The notes beneath the pieces were generated by a model, which saw only the letters and a program-made list of their open reading frames with translations, was not told the DNA's origin and did no database searches. Of a stretch of 64,000 nt of DNA, positions 59,848 to 64,000 are shown piece after piece. Position numbers and translations under genes: made by a program. The stretch is from an uncultured Acidobacteriota bacterium (GTDB taxonomy: Bacteria; Acidobacteriota; Vicinamibacteria; Vicinamibacterales; UBA2999): assembly GCA_963773045.1 (NCBI GenBank), contig CAVYZT010000003.1, positions 291,191-355,190 of the forward strand. The letters are read 5' to 3'. Position 1 is the stretch's first letter, and every line of letters starts with the position of its first letter.

Positions 59848-62739
59848 ACCGGCGGCAGCTTCTCGAGAAGGTTGATCGCGTACTGGCGGAGGATGGCGCT
59901 GGCGAGCCGGTTGTAGTTCAGGAGGCCGGCCCTGATGAGCACGGCGACCTTGCAGCCGTCGAGGCCCGACTCGCGCAGCGTCTTGTCGAGGGTCTCCTTG
60001 GTGTAGTCCAGCAGATCGTTGCCGGCGAATCTCATTTCGCCCATCGCCTCGTCGAAGCCCCGTTTGAGCACCAGTGGATCGAGGGCGGGATCCATCCAGG
60101 TGCCGCCGCTGGCCACCTGCTCGTCACGATAGCGAGCGAGGTAGTACGGCGCCACTGCCGTCGTTTGCGTCAGATCGATGTCATCCCAGTCGAACGGGTA
60201 TCCATCCGGCTTCTTGGATGTCAGGACGATGAGCGCGCGAAGCCACTGCTTCGCGGCGGTCACCTTGCCGACCAGAAACAAGCGGTCCAGCGCCGCCTGC
60301 TGGTCTTCGAGGAAGCTGAGCCACATCGTGAGCGGGATGGTGACGACGAATTCGCTCTCGGCGAAGACCTGGAGCCAGGCGACCTCTGCCACCGCCGGAA
60401 CTTCCTTGGCGATGAGCTTCACGATGTCCTTGTAGCTGACCGGCACGAAGTGCCCGTACGGCAGCTTGAAGACACCGCTCAGCTTGGCCATGTTTCCGAT
60501 GAAGCTGTACGCGCTCTTGAGGTCCTTGAGGATGTCCCAATAGCTCTTGCCGCTCGACGTCGTGGACGACTGGAGAATGTCGCTAATCTTGTCGTCGCCA
60601 AGATTCTCGAGCTCTTTCCATTTCAGGATGACTTCGCCGAACTCGGCGCAATCGGTATCCACGCCGCCCGACGTGTCGCTGAACTTGTCGACTTCGTAGA
60701 AACGCTTCAACCCGAGCCTGGCCAGATCCTTGGACGCTTCGTGATCGTCGGTCGGCGAGTCGATGTCGGCCAGCGCTTCGGACTCACGCTCGGGCAACCT
60801 TCCTCCGGGCAGCTTCAGCTTCTTGGCGATCGGCTCGTCAGCGAAGAGATCCTTGCTGCCGGCGATCGTCGGAGGGTTCGAGACCTTGACCTCATTCCAG
60901 ACGTTGTTGAACGTGAACTGATACGAGGCGATGCGGTAGTCGTCCTGCTCGCCGATCGACAGGGCTGAGTACGGGTCGCCTGGCAGCGGCGTGTCGTCCA
61001 GATTGGGAAAACGCTGCTTCAGCCAGACCGGAAAGTCGCGGTGTCGCACCATCGCCTGCTGGGCGTGATGGATGTACACCGAGCGCCCCGGCTTGAACGG
61101 CGCACGGCAGTAGTCGATGAAGCCGGCGAGCTCGTCGAGCGTCCAGCGGTCGAGATACGCCGCAAGTTCGGTCCCAGGGCTGTCGGGACTCTTGCCCAGA
61201 TGCGCCATGAGCTCTTCTTCACGAACGGCTTTCGCCAACCGCGGCAGGTTGTCGTAGATGTTCAGGAAGTACCGGATGATACGGCGGCAGCTGGCTGTCG
61301 GGCGACACGACGACGCGTTCCACTTTGACGAGCAGAGGCGGCTTGTTGATCGACCAGATCTGCCGCTTGAGCGGATCGTTGACCCTGGTGACCGCCGGCG
61401 GAGCATCCAATGCGGGAATCTGCAGAGCCGTCACGAGCTCCGCCGCGATGTCGACGCCGTTCTGCTCGCCGTTCAGGCGCACGACGAACCGATCGAACCT
61501 TTCCTTCGCCGGTGGATCGTTTTCGGCATCGACGTACGAGGCCCACGTGGCGCGATAGCCGTTCCAGTCCCTGTTCTCGCTCTCCGAAAAGAAGAGTTGA
61601 ATCGGCACGGACTCACCGGCCTTCACGCCATCTGCCAGGTGCGCTGCCGCGCGGATCGTCGCCGTCCTGCCGCCCGGCAGGACCTCGATCTCTTCGTAGA
61701 CGTCGTAGCGAGCGACATAGCGCTGGCCGTCATGAACGAGGTAGTCAGAAATGATCCACGCCTTTTCTTCTGCGCGTGGAGGGATCTCGACGGTGGCGCC
61801 CGGCGTCAACGCGAAGTCGCGTTCGGAGAACTTCTGCTTCAAGAGCGCATTCGGCCGGCGCGCGTCGAGCGACTTGACGAGGTCCGCGTAGATCGCGTCG
61901 GCATCAGCCGGCGGGTTCTGGAGCGGCACGGACGCGATCGCAAACGGCTCCGAGAAACTGCCGGGATCGACGAGTGCCTTGACGATGGCGTCCTTGCGAT
62001 CGGGCGTGTGGACGTCTTTGGGAAGGAAGCGCTGCCGGACGAAGTGCTCGTGGACCTGCAGCCGGTTCTCGAACCGGCGTTCTGGTCCGATGCCCGGCTG
62101 GCCGAAGAACTGGTAGTCGATCGGCGCGTACACGTTGGCGCGGCCGCCGAAGAACGAATAGAGCGCATAGAGTCCGGCGCTCGACAACCCGAACCGGCAC
62201 GCGCGGATCGTGATCCAGGAATCGTCGCGCAGCCGTTCGACGACCGTCTTCCGCCGGGTATTGAACGTCTGGAATAGCGGCGCCGCCGCTGCATTGCCGT
62301 TCTCCGCCTTGGGGAACATGTCCCTCTGCAGCCAGCCGAGCGACAGCCACCAGAGCAGTTTGAACTCGGGATGATTCGTCTCCGTGACGCCGTTGACGAG
62401 CGGCAGCTGCAGAATCTGTGGCGTGCCATGCGCGACGATCACGATCTCGCGAATGTGACTGACACCCCCTTGAGTGACTTCGCGAAACAGCTCGTCCACG
62501 AGCCCCTCGAGCGACTGCACGTTGAACTTCTTGTGCGGGGCCGGCGCCTTCGAACCGTAATGGCGATTGAAAAAGGCGTTGGCGCCCTCGCCGTACGGCC
62601 CGAGCGGCCCGCAGAAGAACACGTAGTCAGCCGCCCCCTCTTTTTTGGCGAGGGGGTATTCGATCAACCCGTCAAGGATCTGCTTCCCTGAAGCCGGCAT
62701 GGATTGACGCGGAACCGACAGCATACCGGTTTTCGCCAT
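59844..62739 (-). CDS. Giant-operon gene A: ~965-aa hypothetical protein, N-terminal module with HG...C motif pair; one apparent frameshift ~61280-61295
   Basis: ATG 62739 (MAKTGML..; GAGG 9 nt upstream). ORF 61219..62805 joins ORF 59844..61406 at ..VVSPDSQLPP | IIRYFLNIYDNLPRLAK... Motifs: IREIVIVAHGTPQILQL (His ~62428-62430) and WITIRACRFG (Cys ~62197-62199). Confidence 0.7.
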
Positions 62740-62903
62740 GACGCAAGACCTCAAAGGCGAGCAGGTCCGCCGGGAGAAAGACACGCGCAGGCACACCAGG
62801 CGCACCGCTGGACTTTGTCAAGCCCGTCCGTCTAAGGTTTGCAGCGCGCACTGAGCGGCGCATTGGAGCGGGCTCTCCAGTGCCTCATGCGCGACGAGGC
62901 CGT

Positions 62904-63863
62904 ATGAAGCGAACAATCAGATGGCTCGTGGTGCTGCTGATAGCCATCATTGCAGGCCTGATGTTCATGACGCAGCGCGCGGAGGACGTCCTGGTCCGGG
63001 ACCCGGGGAATCGAATGTACAACCCGCCGATGCCGGTCGCCGTCAAGGCGGCCGAGGAGGCGGTGTTCGCCGCCATGAGCGAAAACGCCTATGTGGACAC
63101 CTGGGAGGCACCGATTGCCGAGAGCCGCACACAAACGACGCGTCCGAACGCGCAGACCGTGTGCAGCGATACCGGCCACAATCAGCCCGTACCGCTGCCC
63201 GGTTGGCGTCGATGGCCAGGTTTTCCGAGTGCCGACCTCATCCAGGAGGCCAAGAAGGTCGACCTGTACTTCGAGGTCTGGGAATCCGAATCCACATCTC
63301 CGCGAATCGTGGTCGTGGTGTTCCGCGGAACCGACAGCTGGATCGACTTCCTCTCGAACTTTCGCTGGATCTTCCGCTATGTTCCGTTCCACGAGGATCA
63401 GTACCACTTCGTTTCGCGACGCGTCGGTGAAGAATTCAGCAAGCGGATCGCCGCCGATGCAGCCGCGTACAAAGGCGCCGCCATCCTGTCGGCGGGTCAT
63501 TCGCTTGGCGGTGGGCTCGCGCAGCATTTTGCGTATTCGCTCCCGCCCAACCCCGACGTTCCACGCGTCTCCCGGATCTTCGCGTTCGATCCATCACCGG
63601 TCACCGGCTGGTCAACGGTGAAGAAAGAGATTCGCTCGGCCAATGCCGCCGGCTTGAAGACCGATCGCATCTTCGAACACGGTGAGATCCTCGCGTATCT
63701 TCGCTTGCTCTTCAGCTATGTCAGCCCGCCTCCCGCCGTGGATCCAAGCGTGACCGAGATCCGTTACAACTTCGTTCGATCGGTGAATCCGTTGTCGAGC
63801 CATTCGATGCGACAGCTGGCGTGCAGCCTGCTGCAAGTCGGCGGAGCGCCCGCATCGCCGTAG
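62904..63863 (+). CDS. Class-3 lipase-like alpha/beta hydrolase with N-terminal membrane anchor
   Basis: ATG 62904: MKRTIRWLVVLLIAIIAGLMFM (TM). ..VVVVFRGTDSWIDFLSNF.. and nucleophile elbow AGHSLGGGLAQ, typical of lipase_3/DUF2974-type enzymes. Divergent from gene A. Confidence 0.8.
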   Translation: MKRTIRWLVVLLIAIIAGLMFMTQRAEDVLVRDPGNRMYNPPMPVAVKAAEEAVFAAMSENAYVDTWEAPIAESRTQTTRPNAQTVCSDTGHNQPVPLPGWRRWPGFPSADLIQEAKKVDLYFEVWESESTSPRIVVVVFRGTDSWIDFLSNFRWIFRYVPFHEDQYHFVSRRVGEEFSKRIAADAAAYKGAAILSAGHSLGGGLAQHFAYSLPPNPDVPRVSRIFAFDPSPVTGWSTVKKEIRSANAAGLKTDRIFEHGEILAYLRLLFSYVSPPPAVDPSVTEIRYNFVRSVNPLSSHSMRQLACSLLQVGGAPASP

Positions 63864-63892
63864 ATCACCGCCGGATGATGCGTGGATCAACC

Positions 63893-63914
63893 GTTCTGGA
63901 TTCGTATCCAGAAC
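63893..63914. terminator. Perfect 9-bp hairpin between convergent genes (GTTCTGGAT-tcgt-ATCCAGAAC)
   Basis: Lies 30 nt after the lipase stop and overlaps the stop (cta 63914-63916) of the minus-strand partial ORF. Could act bidirectionally. Confidence 0.5.
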
Positions 63915-64000
63915 TATCCGGCCATTCCCGCGTAGATCCCCCTCGCCCGTCGCCACAACTGCAGCACTTCCTGCTTCTGCGCTGGCGTGTCGAAGTCGTC
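63914..64000 (-). CDS. 3' end of an unidentified minus-strand gene (partial at window edge)
   Basis: The minus frame reads ..DDFDTPAQKQEVLQLWRRARGIYAGMAG-stop. Too short to name. Confidence 0.35.
   Translation of the reverse strand, partial: DDFDTPAQKQEVLQLWRRARGIYAGMAG

Noticed and set aside
47084-59916. Very long plus-strand ORFs (47084..49816, 51434..53128, 53386..54456, 54680..55735, 56608..59916) opposite the giant operon
   Set aside because: They have the same shadow-ORF signature: extreme Arg/His/Pro/Asp content, no SD-start arrangement and no motifs. The minus-strand frames carry coherent sequences with coupled starts.
47099-62739. Identification of the giant operon as a Tc (ABC) toxin/RHS locus or as an eCIS/T6SS-type contractile system
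   Set aside because: I could find no YD/RHS repeats, no sheath, tube, VgrG/PAAR or gp25-like proteins, no AAA+ ATPase and no LysM. The sizes loosely recall such loci, but I cannot support the assignment from sequence. It remains only a hypothesis to test.
62816-62821. Promoter call for the giant operon from a perfect TTGACA (minus strand)
   Set aside because: The hexamer 17-18 nt downstream (TGGTGT) is a poor -10 box. It is mentioned in a finding but not listed as a feature.

Overview
This is a high-GC (roughly 65-70% by eye) bacterial chromosomal window. The gene content points to Acidobacteriota: two PadR + ADOP duplicated-permease modules, carboxypeptidase-regulatory-type TonB-dependent receptors, a sulfatase-TPR fusion and a propeller-type histidine kinase. 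(1) 0.2-23.5 kb looks like an accessory patchwork. It holds a 3' half of tRNA-Cys, integrase debris at two sites, an IS remnant, a second tRNA-like scrap, duplicated fragments, and small hydrolase/cupin/NTF2-like genes behind a thrice-repeated promoter/operator module next to an AraC gene. It also holds a nitrilase-DUF6130-redoxin cluster and a lower-GC cysteine-rich orphan ORF. (2) 23.8-47.1 kb holds a TolB-like propeller, an SGNH lipoprotein, an intact TonB-dependent receptor, sulfatase-TPR, a NarL-type two-component pair, hydrolases, a Ser/Thr kinase, and two tandem M28 peptidase paralogs separated by a truncated TonB receptor. (3) 47.1-62.7 kb on the minus strand is the main candidate for something undescribed. 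Five tightly or translationally coupled genes encode about 5,200 aa, and I cannot place them in any characterised family. They show no canonical ATPase, nuclease, RHS/YD, sheath/tube or signal-peptide features by eye. A divergent membrane-anchored class-3 lipase-like gene sits next to them. One caveat applies to the whole window. At least ~20 apparent +/-1 frameshifts split otherwise full-length genes, most that I could pin down sit in mononucleotide runs, and I saw no in-frame nonsense codons. Many 'pseudogenes' may therefore be sequencing or assembly indels. All family names come from reading the translations by memory. No database search was run.
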